A stretch of 64,000 nucleotides of DNA from Octopus vulgaris (taxonomy: Eukaryota): positions 23,250,001 to 23,314,000 of the forward strand of contig OX597817.1 of NCBI GenBank assembly GCA_951406725.2. Reading direction: 5' to 3'. Position 1 is the stretch's first letter. The number at the start of each line of letters is the position of its first letter. The notes under the pieces are model-generated. The model had not been told where the DNA came from, ran no database searches, and saw only the letters and a list, made by a program, of their open reading frames with translations. Shown here one piece after another: positions 41,528 to 55,505 of the stretch. Both the position numbers and the translations under genes were made by a program.

Positions 41528-42491
41528 AACGAGGTGGTACCCAAAAGACACTAGAATTTTGCGATATTATTTTATTCACTTTTACTAGTTTTCACTTTTA
41601 GTGCCTTCAAATATTCTCCATTCGAAGCAATGCGTCGGTCCAGAGGAGTTTTCCACTATAAGAAGCAGTGCTGGAACTCTTGCGAAATTTAGTTACAAAG
41701 AGCAAAAGAGTAAAAGAGTATATAACTAAAGAAGCACTGAAATGTAAATATGGCGCAATAAAACAATATGTTGTTGGTAAACGTTGCTGAAAGGCACGAG
41801 AAAATAACTGAAGAAGAAATAAGATACGTTTTAACGTAAGCAACGTGATCTTGTAAAGTGCATCTTTCTCTTTCAGTTAATGAACGTCTAAAGCTACAGT
41901 GATGCATTTAGCGTCTCTATCGTTTTCTCTTCACCTGCTCCACATCTGCAAATTCTATAGCACCAGCTTCCGTCACCAGAGCTGACCTTTGAAAAAAGGT
42001 CCGGATCGACATCTAACTGTTCTTTTAGTTCGCGACAGGCATTCAATCGTGACTGCTTTTGAGCAAGTGAGGCACAATTTTTGCTGCAACTCTTTTCATT
42101 TCGATTCTCCGCTAGAAATTGGTTGTCACATGCTCCAGGGCACACCAGTCATATTGACAAGGTCATTAATTTTTTAGTGACGATCCTCCAAGATCCGTTC
42201 ATGAATTTTCGTGATGTTTTCATTTACCTGGGAGGTCGACGGTCACTCGGAACGCGGTTCTTCCTCAAGCAATAAATATCTATTTCCAAAGCATGAAAAC
42301 CTCTCCTAAACTTATGCTTTGCTCATAGCAGCGTCCTTGCAAGCTGTTTGAAGTACGACAACAGTCCCCCAGCAGAAAATAGAATATCACGGAAGCACGT
42401 TGTGCCTTCATTTCAGCCATCGCAAATATCGACGAGCAGGGGAGAAGTACTACAAATCAAAGACACACGACTTTGCAATACTATCCTCGTA
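41528..42491 (-). mobile_element. Internally deleted mariner transposon
   Basis: QKQSRLNACRELKEQLDVDPDLFSKVSSGDGSWCY (TGDESW-like) and C-terminal QEFQHCF.*W...IASNGEY; degenerate TIRs acgaggtggtacc / tactatcctcgta. Confidence 0.85.
41697..41906 (+). repeat. 210-bp direct duplicate of 40409-40618 inserted in the mariner
   Basis: Identical to the source except for 2 substitutions; offset 1288 bp. Confidence 0.95.
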
Positions 42492-44267
42492 TATTTATAT
42501 CGTTAAGCTTGAAACAGATAGACCTGGAATAGCGAGACCATGTCATTTGTAATGTACCGGAAGGCAACGAAATGACTTTAATAAACCTTAATTAAGTATG
42601 AATAAACAATTAATGAAATTATCAATTATTTATCTGGTGAAATGTATAGTTCTGTGGTTAATGATAATAACAGAAATTGAATAGAACCCCTGCGTGTGAG
42701 TTTTATTAGCATTATAACTCTCTCAAGATACAACATTTATTTCAACCCATGATTTCACATCAACATAATTGCAAATCAAATACAGAAAGAAATATTAAAC
42801 ATCATATAATATTCATATTTTATGAAGAAATTATAACATCAACTGTAAACACATATCTACTTGTTTGATGCTATCTTTTAGTTTGATAAAAGCCAAAACA
42901 AAAAAAACTAAGGTTTCATTAAGCCTAATGAATTTGTTACAGTTATTCGATACAGTGGCTACACAAGTAATAAGCTATACACCACACACATAACACACTG
43001 TAATGTAATGCTAATTGCGCGTTAATGAAATGCTTCTCAGCCAATTCTATGAGTCTCAATTAGTTATTGCCCAAATTCATTTATTTCAATGCATCAAAGT
43101 TCGAAACGATCACTCTTACACGAAATACAAACCAAAAACAAACAAGAACTTGTAATATCAAGTACTAAAATCATAAACAAAGAAACAAATGTATGATTAA
43201 TTTGTGTTAAACAGTAATTCAGAAAATTTGAGAATGCTTCTATATGTTACATCATGGCCACACAATTCAGAAGGATGTTGATAGACAATACTCTTCATCC
43301 TAGTTAAGCTTAACATTTTTTTAAAAGTTTAAGCTCCTTTTCAATGTCAATATTTAACTCATCAATGAAGAATAATATCACTCACCTTCAAATATAATTT
43401 CCATTGTTTTCGATTTTGTGGAAGTAATATTATATTTCTAGTAAATTCGTTTCCAATTTATGGGAAAAAATATTTTAATATTCTTGAGATTTTGTCGAGA
43501 AAAATCAATTATCGAAAACTGGTTAAAATATTCTCCACTTCAATTTTAAATATAACTATTTCTGTTGGAAATAAAACAAATCAATATAAAAGACAATTAA
43601 TCATGGTATCAATTTTAAAATATTGTTTATGGTTTGTTAAAATAAAATTTTAAATCAAACATGATAAATTACAATTCTAACGATAATACAAGACATTTAT
43701 ATCACTTTTTATAATAGCCACGAAATTATTTTCTCATTGATTATTCCTTTTTAATGCATTTGAAGAGTTCCTTTGTACAACAGTATTACTTCTCAATTCA
43801 TGTCATTACAATTGGCATGTTTGCATTTATTGTTTCTAAGTTGAAATAAATTTCGAAATGTTCATACAATTCGAGGTTTCATTTGTTACGGTTTTTTGGC
43901 TTTCTACAAAACAATGATTTGCAGTATCACTTATAGAAGAGCATAACAGTTCGGAAAGGATGTACAATTCATTATTGTGCACTAGCAAAAACTTATGCAA
44001 ACACCAACAGTCACAATCAGGCAACAAACTCAGTAAAATACGCATCTAGATACAACTACGTACAACAACCAAACCAGTTGACAAAGGTAGAATCTCTAAC
44101 ATCAGTGCTGAAATGTAAGCTGTCGTGTATGTATGTTTTCTTTGAGATTTAAGTTCTTTTTCCTGAAATACAAGTCAGCGGGTAACAAAGGGACATAATG
44201 TTTTGTATTAAGACAGTTACTGAGCTTTGAAAATATGTTGCTCAGTTAGGGTGTCTATATATGTACA

Positions 44268-44650
44268 TGGAGGCGCAATGGCCCAGTGGTTAGGGCAGCG
44301 GACTCGCGGTCATAGGATCGCGGTTTCGATTACCAGACCGGGCGTTGTGAGTGTTTATTGAGTGAAAACACCTAAGCTACACGATTCTCCGGCAGGGGAT
44401 GGTGGTGATCCCTGCTGTACTCTTTCACCACAACTTTCTCTCACTCTTACTTCCTGTTTCTGTTGTACCTGTATTTCAAAGGGCCGGCCTTGTCACTCTC
44501 TGAGTCACGCTGAATATCCTCGAGAACTACGTTAAGGTTACACGTGTCTGTGGAGTGCTCAACCACTTACACGTTAATTTCACGAGCAGGCTGTTCCGTT
44601 GATTCGGATCAACCGGAACCCTCGTCGTCGTAACCGACGGAGTGCTTCCA
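44268..44650 (+). mobile_element. Full-length tRNA-derived SINE with target-site duplication
   Basis: Head tggcccagtggttagg...ggtttcgattacc (A/B boxes); atatgtacatg repeated at 44259-44269 and 44650-44660; inverted sister copy at 52818-53130. Confidence 0.9.
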
Positions 44651-44840
44651 TATGTACATGAATGCTGAAATATTGTTTTACTACTCTGGCTCTACACACA
44701 ACACATGCAATAATTTCTGTTGCGTGCAGTTTTTCAATAGCAGTTGCTAGAATGGCAAAGTTCAAGCGTTTTGGTTTCCACGAGTGTGGGGAGGGGCAGA
44801 GTCGTATGCATCAATGCATGCATGTATTCTTATATATTAT

Positions 44841-45049
44841 GCCTGGCACCAGTGCAGGTGGCACGTAAAAAGCACCCACTACACTCACGGAGTGGTTGGC
44901 GTTAGGAGGGGCATCCAGCTGTAGAAACATTGTCAGATAAGACCGGAGCCTGGTGCAGCCTTCTGGCTTCCTAGATCCCCGGTCGAATCGTCCAACCCAT
45001 GCTAGCATGGAGAACGGACGTTAAACGATGATGATGATGATGATGATGA
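44841..45049 (+). mobile_element. 3' part of a SINE or LINE ending in an RTE-type tail and (ATG)n
   Basis: Ends tccaacccatgctagcatggagaacggacgttaaacgatgatgatg. Confidence 0.6.
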
Positions 45050-45054
45050 CATAT

Positions 45055-45987
45055 TACGAGCTCCCAGACTAACAATGTTTAACATAAAACAACTTATTCA
45101 CCTAAGTTTTAGCATCACCACCTCCGAAATAATCCCCTTGCACAATAATAGACCGGCCCCAGTGAGCCTGTCACTTTTAGAATCCGACCTGAATGTCGTT
45201 TTCCGTAAGCCAGTCGAGGGCCTTCTGCGATTTGCTCAGGATCTCGTCAAAGGTGTTAAACTGCGATCTTTCAGTTGCATTTTCATCTTGAAGAAGACAT
45301 TAAAGCTCTCAGGTTCTAAATCTGGCAAATACTGCGGCTGCGGAGGCGATACTATTTGTTTTGGGGGAGAAACTCACGAGAGAGAAGAGCTCAGGTTGAC
45401 AGGATGCATTGTCGTCCTGAAGAATCCAGTTCTTCGTGCTCCACAGATCCGGTCTCTTTCGCCCAATATTGTCACTAAAATGCTTCAAAATATCGCAGTA
45501 GGACTCTTGCAGTTGTCGGTCTAATCCTGGGGGACAAATTGTCAATACACAATACCACATTTCCGTCGGTGATACTCGAGACAAGTCTTTCAGATCACGC
45601 TTCGTTTTCCAGGGATGATCTTCCGATTTTAAAGCGCCCATGAAGCTCAAAATATTGTGTACCACCCATCGCCTCATCACCGTAAGCTTTCCGAAGTATG
45701 CATAATGCCTCTGTAGCAGACTTGCTAAGTTTAACGCAAAATTTCACGTTGGCTTTTTATTCCTGTCCATGACAAAATAGCAGACCACAGCATTCACGTG
45801 AACACAGAAACACAAATCTCACAACACGTAAATACAGAAACAAAATTTCATAACAGTAAACACAGTAAACACTCAGCACACTATCTAATAGAGATCACTG
45901 CTAGCCTTCACTGCGCATGGAACCGTGTGCTGCCATTTATTGGCGCGCTACAGAACTAGACCGGAGACTTTTTGATACAACATCGTA
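45055..45987 (-). mobile_element. Internally deleted mariner transposon
   Basis: SYCDILKHFSDNIGRKRPDLWSTKNWILQDDNASCQ (HHDNA-like catalytic motif); right TIR ggagactttttgatacaacatcgta. Confidence 0.85.
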
Positions 45988-46811
45988 CATGTAGCATTTT
46001 CATATATATGCAGATATATATATCTTTTCTCTCTATATTTCTGTCTCTGGCTGTCTATCTATCTCTCTTTCTGTCTCTCTCTATTCTAGCCCCAACACAG
46101 CTGAATCTCTAATAAGACGACATTAATGACCCTAAATATGATATATCAATATGTGTTTGTAACTTTCCATATATTTAAGATTATTTAATTCAGATCAGAT
46201 TTGCAACTGATAGGAAGAGTTAAGACATGCTAGTGCAAGCGCATTTAAAGCTGGTGCAGTGAGTATAAAAGGGGAATTAGAAATGATATTATTCAGAAAG
46301 CGTATGAGAACATTAATTCCTGTAAAATATAAATCATGGATGTTGTTTAGGTATAGACGACAACAGCATGGCAGAATAAATAATAGATGAGTGGCAATGC
46401 ATTTACATTTAATGGAAAACGGACGAGCCATCTATTCAGAAATTATAATGGTCGGCTCAGAATACAAAACTCAGCAACCGATATAATTATATATTATTCG
46501 GCGTGTGGAGACAACTTGAAATGTGTTCCTTTGTTATTTGAACTCGTCAGCATAAAATATGCGTTACGGTGCGTAAAGAAGTAGTGAAGACTTAATAATC
46601 AATTCAGGACAATATTGACTGTATGAGTGTATGTGTATTTGCGAGTCTGTGTGTGTGAGTGTGTGTGTACATGCACGCGCATACAAAATTTTGAAATGTA
46701 GAAACAGAGTAATTTTAGTCTTTGATTTAATATTTTTTCCTTACAATTCATATATTTGCCTTATAATGCTGAGTAATGTACGTTTTCTGTAGTCTTCTAT
46801 ACATTTATTGT

Positions 46812-47093
46812 TTGATCCTTCACGAGCCATGTCTGGCTCATAAGGGCCGGTTTCCTTGGCGTATAGGTTGCCCACCTGAACGGGACGCCGGTCCGTCGCA
46901 GGTGAACTGCATGATGCAGGAGGAAAGAGTGAGAGAAAGTTGTGGCGAAAGACTCAGCAGAAGTTCGCCATTACCATCTGCTGGAGCTGCGTGGAGCTTA
47001 GGTGTTTCGCTCATAAACACACACACTGAGATTCGAACCCACGATCCCTCGACCGCGAGTCCGCTGCTCTACCCACTAGGCCATGTGCCTCCA
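46812..47093 (-). mobile_element. tRNA-derived SINE (head and body like 44268, different tail)
   Basis: Head tggaggcacatggcctagtgggtagagcagcggactcgcgg; tail shared with 61865-62098. Confidence 0.8.
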
Positions 47094-50000
47094 CCTATAC
47101 ATTCATTGGTTTCATTCAGTCGCATGTGACCATACTCGTGTACTGTGCGTACGTACCCACACACTCATCCACCATGTATTACAGGATTCACAAGACTCCG
47201 ACAATCAGATATGCTCACCAGAGAGAGTCCAAGAAGAATATATTATATGAGACATCCTAGGTGCCGTGGAATCAGACATATGCTGAATCAGCATAGTTGT
47301 AGAGAGACCTTAACCACATAGGCCATCTGAACCTTTAACATTTGCAATTATTTCTAATTATAATTTTAATACGCACGAAATTAAATTTATGTTGGCATAA
47401 GCTTACCTATTAATTTTCTGTTAGAGCATTTATGAATAATGAATTTTATAATTTTAATTTTGAATGATGCAGATTATATTTATTATATATGTTCATCTGG
47501 TCGCTCCATTTTGATCCTGGGTAGCCTGAACTTCTTCCTCTCCGTCTGCCTTACGTTCTTCTCAATCTTCTTCACGAACTATTGCTGACTGTCAAGGACT
47601 ATATTTCACTGAACTACACCGGGTAACACTGAAATTCTGATTACCACACTGATTACCACAGAAACTCTTAAGATTACTAACTTCCGTAATCATACTTTGC
47701 TCTGTTTTTGCTTTATATGACATTGATCTACTACGACTTTTGCAACTTTACAAATCTACTAATTTTTCGTTTTCTTCTTTACCTTCTGTCTCTCATTCCA
47801 CCATTATGTCTGATTTCTAGTCTTTCTTCCCTATATACACCATCGTCCCAAGCATTCGCTCACTGCGTTTGTTATCTGACGCCTCAATTTGAAATCAAAG
47901 TTATCTCCCTTGCCAGTATTATTGCGACAGGTTTGTTATTTTCTAACTCCATTTTTTTTTTCATTTCCTCGACTATACTTTCAGTAGAAGAACAAATGCT
48001 CGAAACTGAAAAGCACTGAAAAGCTTTTTCTAATTTTCTTGAATATAAACTGTACTGTGCTTGGTTATTTTTGTACGTCTTCTTCTGGTTCTTTAAAAAT
48101 TTTGTAGTATATGTATATCTATATATGTATATATATGTGTGTGTGTGTATCCCAAAACGAGTTTAAAGGGATATATTATCCTGATAGTTATCATGCTTCC
48201 TTTCACTCTCTCTCTCTCTCACACACACACTCACACACACATATATCGTACATGCACACACTCACGCTTTCTCTTACGCGCAAACACACAGAGACACACA
48301 TACATACACACACACATACGCAAACGTACACAAATGTATGTATATATATGTGTGTGCGTATGCATGTGTGTGTGTGTGTAAGTGAAATTCTTATTTATTA
48401 AAACAACTTATATCATAAAAGCTTTAATAGAAGATACGCATTTGAGTGGGAGAGAGAGGAGGAGGAAGAGAAGGGGAGGGAGATAGGGGAGGTAGAGGGA
48501 GAGACGCGGTGAGAGAGAAAGAAAGAGTGAGGAGGGGAAAGAGTAAAGAAAAGGTGTGATGATAAAGCTCAAGAGAAAGGAGGAGTATTTTAGTTCTCTT
48601 TTATATTTATATGTTTCGGTTGCATTAACGTAAATATTTTCTCTAATGGAACCATTATCAGTTTTTACAGCAAGTTACAACATAACTGATATTGTTCCAG
48701 TAGATAATATTGACTCTATACCTTATATCTTTAATGAGTTCTTTTCAATATTGTAAAGCATATTAATTCGGAATATATTTAACATGTAAGCGTGTATTTT
48801 GTTGCAACATCCAAATCATTTACGAAATTTAAAATTCATAGACAGATCTTTCATATACCTATACATAGTATTTAAGATGACACAAACCCATAGGACAATC
48901 TATCATTTCGATATTTTACACCTGTTCATAGGAAGCAAAACCAAGAGCTGTAATCATCAATGTTATAATATACATATTTAAATAAATAGGATAATGTTAA
49001 AGCCATATGTTCGGGAGGCAGACACATGATATACAAAAGCAAACTGTTTACAGAGATCAGATGCATGAAATGAAGATGAGAGTCCAGACTAAATGTAATA
49101 TATCAATATGGTTCGTTTTCATTCAGTATATAATATGTTGCAAAAAGATAAAATTCAATGTATTATATATATTACGTTTCCACCTGCTGAACTTCCCAAT
49201 GTTTCTTTATCACATTTTTATAGATAATTCCATTATATCTCTGACTTTTTCTATTTGCTTCATCTATGTATGAATATTGGTATGTATGTACACACACATA
49301 CACACAGACACATATGAGTGTATATGTATATATGTGTTTGTGCAATTGTGTGAGCCTGTGTGTGCATGTGTGTCTGTATATGCGAGATGGTCTTCGTTGA
49401 CGTATCATACATGCATACATAGTAAATGTATCTTAAAAACAATTTGCGTTCATGTATATTTATGCATCGATATATGTGCGTATATAATAATAGCTCAAAT
49501 GTACAAAGGCTTACACAACACAATACACACCTACAAACACACACACACACACAAATATAAACGCACAATATCAATATATAGAAGACACATTTTATTTACC
49601 ATATTATTTTAATTTCAAAATATGATTTCTACATTCGTTTTCCTTTTTTTAAATTTTTTATTTATTTCACGTCTCGAATGTTAGGTAGTAGTTAGTGGCA
49701 GTTGTTTTATATTTTACACAAAAACTATTTAATTAATTTAATTCAATTCAGCCTGCTGTTAAAGCCGTTTTTATACTCTAGACCTGTAGGTTTGTGATTC
49801 GGAAAGGTTCGTATTTGTTGTTCATATTGTTGTTGTTTGCGCCATTTACTAAAGCAGTGATATCAACTGAGTGGGGCAGAGCCAAAACGAGTATGTAGAT
49901 GGATATAGAAACAAAGTATTACGGCTGTATATCACACACTCACACACATACACAGACACACAAACATAAGTAGGATGCGAAACTGAGTATTACCATTTGG

Positions 50001-50830
50001 TCGATAACTGATGAAGAATTAGGGGCATTCTGTGTCTGTCTCCCGTCCGGTAGTACACTCAATATACGTATACGTTTTTATCTGTCATTGTTTATTTGCA
50101 ATGTATTGCCTCATTTATATATATACATATACATACACACACATATATATATATATAATAAAAGGCTCCAACATAAAGAAGCTTAGTGCTAGAGACACAA
50201 AGAGGGATAAAATCATGGAGAGAGTGAAATTCAAAAACATTTACCATTAACGATATATCCCGGACTGATCAGTTTCTACCTCTTTCTAGCAAAACAAACA
50301 GAATATGTTTGCCAAGGCAAGGTTCGTCTCCTTAACTCTCAGTTATTTACTGTCGTACTGTAGCTCGTAATTCATGTTGGGATGGTTTATAATAACACAA
50401 GCGGCCTTGGGCCACTTATGACATATGCTACTCCCCCACACATAAGACCCTGTTCAAAGTTGATGGGTAGCACGACGACAACCTCATTGGAGACACACTG
50501 AAAAACCATCATCGTTCGGGGGAACTTCATTTTTATGACGTCCATGTCACGTCTTTAGCCTTTACAATATTTGCAGACCACTGAGCAGTAGTCGTAATAT
50601 CGGCATTTTGATACTTGGTGCGAATCATTTAGACAAATGTAACTCTCTTTTCCAATATTCCGATGGCTTCAGAATAACATTTTCTCAACTACAAATGTAA
50701 TATTTTTCCCTATATCGCCGCTGACTGTTTACCAATGCATCAAGTTGTTCCGGAGAGAAACTAAACATAATAATCGTCAAATTCTGCCCGAACATACGGT
50801 AGATGTATGTATGCATGTATGTATACACAT

Positions 50831-50910
50831 ACACACTCACAACACCCCCTACACACTCACAACACCCCCTACACACTCACAACACCCACTACACACTCAC
50901 AACACCCCTA
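50831..50910. repeat. Minisatellite, 4 x 20-bp unit acacactcacaacaccccct
   Basis: Direct reading. Confidence 0.85.
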
Positions 50911-52261
50911 AACACACAGTCACACACACACAATCACACACACTCACACACACACACACACTCATATACACATAGGCACACACACATTTACATATATATG
51001 CAATACATAAATACACGCTCACACATATAAATAATGAAGAAATGTAATAATTTCGAATGCTTATTAACGTCTTCTATGTTACCGAGAGAGCGAGCAACAA
51101 ATAACGAGCTTATAATTACTCTTGCACCTATATTTTTAGACTGAATGTAGAAATACCAAAAGTAAAGTTTTGTGACCGAGTGTGTGGATAATTAGTTACG
51201 TCCGTGGCTAGAAAAAAAAAAAACCAACGAAATAGTTTTAAAGCTTCCCTATGTAAATAGATCCGGTGGTTAAATACGAGTCTGGACCCAAGTGCAGGAC
51301 GAATAGTTTTTAATGATGAGACAGTTACTTTTGATTCTTGACTAACATCTAATTTTTTTGTCCACAAAGCGAATGAGAAAACAATTTGCCCCTAGTGAAT
51401 ATTGGGTATCACAAACACGAGTGATAGCAGTTTTCACATTAGTGTATTTATTCTGAGAGTAAGCTTAATTAGTTATGCAAGATAGTTATAAATGTGCTGG
51501 CAGTTATTAAGGTATATCTTCAAATGGCTTGTTAATTTGGAGAAATTAAGCATTAATTAACCTGATTATTATATGAAAGTCTGCTATTTGTTAGAAGATG
51601 TGTTAACAGTCACCTATATTTTTCGTTTTCATGATGGATCAAATGTCGTTACGAGAAAAAGAGCTAAGAATAATTCTTATGCGCATATTTGCTTTTATAA
51701 ATGTCTACATTATTCGGAACTTTTTCAGAGGTCACAAATATATAGTGTTCACGAAATAAATAGTCTTCCATGGCATAGATTAAGAAGAGAATTAATAAAT
51801 ATATTAGAACACAAATGAGATTTTAGAAACAAAATTCACTTTTAGATATCACAATATTTTCAAATATATGCTAACTATAATGTTTAAAAATGAGATATAT
51901 CGAAAAGAAAATAGGTTATCCGATCACAAGCTGCAAAAACTCATACGAATTTACGCACTATCATTGATTGCCACTTCTTCTTAACAGGAAATATATATCT
52001 TCATTCAAATGTATAATTTCTGTATTCACTGTACTGTTAACTGGTGTTTTTGTTTCTTTGCTTCACTATTTCTCGCGATCACATATATAATTGTATGTCT
52101 GTCATTTACCCGTTCTAACTCTATATCTCCGCTGTCTCTTTCTGATCTCTTTATTTCACTATGCAACTGTACACATAAATACTTACGTTCAAATATAAAA
52201 ACATATATATATATATATATATATAACAAAGTGAAGTTGTATCGTACCGAATGAGTGGAAT

Positions 52262-52334
52262 TATATACGAAAGAAGGTTTGAAAATGCAATTTTATCATT
52301 TAATATTGCATTTTCAAATCTTCTTTCGTATATA
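52262..52334. repeat. Short fold-back hairpin (~30-bp arms) next to (TA)n
   Basis: tatatacgaaagaaggtttgaaaatgcaat pairs with attgcattttcaaatcttctttcgtatata. Confidence 0.85.
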
Positions 52335-52350
52335 TATATATATATATATC

Positions 52351-52624
52351 AACATTCCTTTACTTTCGACATATGTTTCGAAGACTGCATATTCTTAATT
52401 CCGAAGGAATGAAGGTTGCATTATGCCGTCTTCACATCAGGAAATACAAGGAACCACTATCATCCTCGAGACGGACAAAACCATGTAGGCAGACGGTAAG
52501 AAGCTTTTGTTGGTCTCGAGGTTCTTTGTATTTCCTGATGAGAAGACAGCATAATGCAACCTTCATTCCTTCGGAATTAAGAATATGCAATCTTCGAAAC
52601 ATATGTCGAAAGTAAAGGAATTTT
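52351..52624. repeat. Inverted repeat (~105-bp arms) carrying a hammerhead motif in each arm
   Basis: 52351-52455 pairs with 52520-52624; inner stem cctcgagacggacaaaa / ttttgttggtctcgagg. Confidence 0.9.
52531..52611 (+). ncRNA. Type I hammerhead ribozyme (canonical core)
   Basis: tttc-CTGATGA-gaaga...tcttc-GAAA-catatg-TC-gaaa: stem I tttc/gaaa, extended stem II, palindromic stem III acatatgt, GUC cleavage triplet ending at 52607. Confidence 0.75.
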
Positions 52625-52817
52625 GATAAAATCTTCGTTCGACTCCATTCTTTTCATTTATTCATATAAAAAACACACAAATTTCCACACACAAACACGG
52701 GGTTCAGCCCTTGGCATGTAACTTCAGCCAAGTGAAATTGCTACCCAGGTATCGATTATCAGAATTATCCATACTAGGATAATTTATTCATCTACTTATA
52801 TATATATATGGATGGAT

Positions 52818-53130
52818 GGAAGTTCCGGTTGATCCTATCAACGGAACAGCCTGCTCGTGAAATTAACGTGTAAGTGGCTGAGCACTCCACAGACACGTGT
52901 ACCTTTAACGTAGTTCTCGGGGATATTCAGCGTGACACAGGTACAACAGGTACAACAGGAAGTAAGAGTGAGAGAAATTTGTGGTGAAAGAGTACAGCAA
53001 AGATCACCACCATCCCTGCCGGAGCCTCGTGGAGCTTTAGGTGTTTTCGCTCAATAAACACTCACAACGCCCGGTCTGGGAATCGAAACCGCGAGTCCGC
53101 TGCCCTAACCACTGGGCCATTGCGCCTCCA
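52818..53130 (-). mobile_element. tRNA-derived SINE, sister copy of 44268-44650 with small deletions
   Basis: Reverse-complement colinear match. Confidence 0.9.
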
Positions 53131-53441
53131 CACACATATATATATATATATTTAAATAATGACGGAGATAAATTAATATTAATTTAAAACCAGTAGCCTA
53201 GCATATAAAAATCTGAAAAATCAGAGAAAATTCTAATACATGTGTATATTCAAAGAGCAATACCGCTAGGTAGTCGGCCATATGCTAGAAATAGATCACC
53301 AACGATCAAACTACAAGGAATTTTCTCTAAAGGAAAATTCAGCGAAGACCAGAACAATTAGGCGGGCAAGACAGATGAAAATTATATAAAAAAACAGAAT
53401 TAATGAAATACCGGCAGTTTCAACTATTAACAAAAGAATTA

Positions 53442-53495
<54 letters not shown>

Positions 53496-53519
53496 TATTT
53501 ATATAATTTTATTATTTTA

Positions 53520-53700
53520 TTCTTTTACTAGTTTCAGTAATTGTGACTACGGCCACGCTGTAGTATCACCTTTAGTCGACTAATTCTTTGTAAGCCTAAA
53601 ACTTATTCTATTAGTATTTTTACCGAACCGCTAAGTTATGGCGAACGAAAACACACCAACATCGGTTGTCAAGCTATGATGAGGGGAAAAACATGGACAC
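53520..53700 (-). mobile_element. 3' half of tRNA/CORE-like SINE
   Basis: Reverse complement of the 40200-40430 family. Confidence 0.7.
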
Positions 53701-53722
53701 ACAAATATATATATATATATTG

Positions 53723-53814
<92 letters not shown>

Positions 53815-53825
53815 AAGAAGAAGAA

Positions 53826-54374
53826 GCCCTGATGCAGTACCAGGCAGTGGCTCTCATGGCTTCTGATCTTAACTGATTGGAAGTGTTATCATGTACATTG
53901 TTTTGTTTTGGTATAAAAGATGGGCTACAGCAAATATTCTGCTCAATACCACAGATTTGCTTGTCAGTTGTTTGACCTTAACCAGTTGAGCATGTCCCTT
54001 AGTGGCTGACGATATGTGCATCTCTGATAACGAGCAGAAGTAGTGGGGGAGCATCATAGCCATGTGTTGAGAGGGATTCTTTGGAGTTTGAATAGTTCAC
54101 CTCTGGAAACATGGGTGGTTCTTTCAACATCCTTAAACAACCCTTATTCAGGGACCGTTTGAGCGGGATGGGCTACTCAACCTGAAGAAAATTCTAACTG
54201 GGCCCCACCTGCAAGGTCATGTGCTGTTTATCTTGATATGAGATCACCTTGTCGCGCACATATGGTTGTGATGCATGGTGTACCTTTATCAGACGTGTAG
54301 TCATGATGGGTATATTGGGCTTCGTATATTTTACCCCAGTGTCACTTTGATGGCATGAACTGCTCTCTCACTCA
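53826..54374. mobile_element. ~550-bp non-coding element inserted in (TAA)n, copy 2 (inverted)
   Basis: Reverse complement of 19556-20111. Confidence 0.85.
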
Positions 54375-54714
54375 ATAATAATAATAATAATAATAATGAT
54401 AATAATAATAATAATAAAATAACAACAAAAGAATGAGACCCCGATATTAGGTAAATAGAGGAATTTATATATGTATAGAATAGAACAATCAGTAAGGTGA
54501 ATAAAGGTAGAGTGAGATATGGAAATGTGGCTTATCTGGAAAAGTTCCTTAAGCCTCGCTACATGTCTAAGTTCAAGAACTGAAATTTTTGGCTTACGTC
54601 CATATATGACAAAATACTTGTTACGGTATTGACCACCACCAAAAATCAGGGATAGAACCTGATTTTTTTATTATGTTCTCATGTAAGCCTTCTATATGTC
54701 TTAAATTTTTTTAT

Positions 54715-54775
<61 letters not shown>

Positions 54776-54778
<3 letters not shown>

Positions 54779-55505
54779 TAATAACAATAAGCAACTTTGC
54801 ATAAATTGGGCTGAATAACGAGAAAATTTTTAAAGGCAAAGAAGGCACGAAGAGTTTTAGTCCTTGTTTCACGTCTTTACCACACTAGAACGAATATAGG
54901 CTCTTAGTGTGCTTAATACTTGGGGAAATTTATTTGAATTTAAACCCGAGAACGCTCGTTTGGCATTCCTGGGTCGTTTGTTACAAAGAACATTTACATT
55001 GACAAATTGTATTTGGTATTAATGCCAGAAGCGTTCATTAGTCAATTTTGTGTTGAAAAATAGGGCTTTGTACAAAGAAAAAGTTATCACAATACTTCAA
55101 AGATATTTTTTAATCTGGAAATACTGAAGACGTTCACATTGGCAGTTTAGTTGTGGCACAAAGGCCATTGTTGGCGGAAACTGTGCCAATAATTGTTCTA
55201 AAACAGCATGGTTATTTTCCGTTGATAAATAGGGTTTTGTCCATCACAAATGCACTCATAACACTCCATGTACATAGCTGCATTTCTTGACACCGAAAGT
55301 ATTAAAATTGGTAACGTAGATTAGAAGCAAATCCAAATATTGCCCGAAAATGACGGCAAAATTGTGCGACGCGGCCTCTTTTTCGAGGTTACTTTTCTAA
55401 TAAAAATAGAGTTGTCCAAAAATCATACGTCAAACTCGGGAACTCAGTTTTTGAATCTACAAGGAACATACTCACTACACACAGACACACTTACACACAA
55501 ACCAT

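Noticed and set aside
43000-44100. Possible decayed hAT transposase, and a strong minus-strand donor AAG|GTGAGT near 43386
   Set aside because: Only vague motif resemblance; no TIR/TSD and no convincing acceptor or frame.
44268-44345. tRNA-like sequences (also at 32178, 47030-47093, 53070-53130, 62025-62098)
   Set aside because: SINE heads continuous with repeat bodies and, in two cases, flanked by TSDs; no complete cloverleaf.
46194-46258. Plus-strand exon candidate (ttcag|...gca|gtgagt)
   Set aside because: Stops in all three frames and no partner exons identified.
47975-48025. Hammerhead-like tagaaga...gctcgaaact at the end of a probable PLE remnant
   Set aside because: Core and stems are too eroded to support a call.
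50831-50910. Regularly repeated 20-bp unit as a CRISPR-like array
   Set aside because: No unique spacers; a CA-derived minisatellite in eukaryotic DNA.
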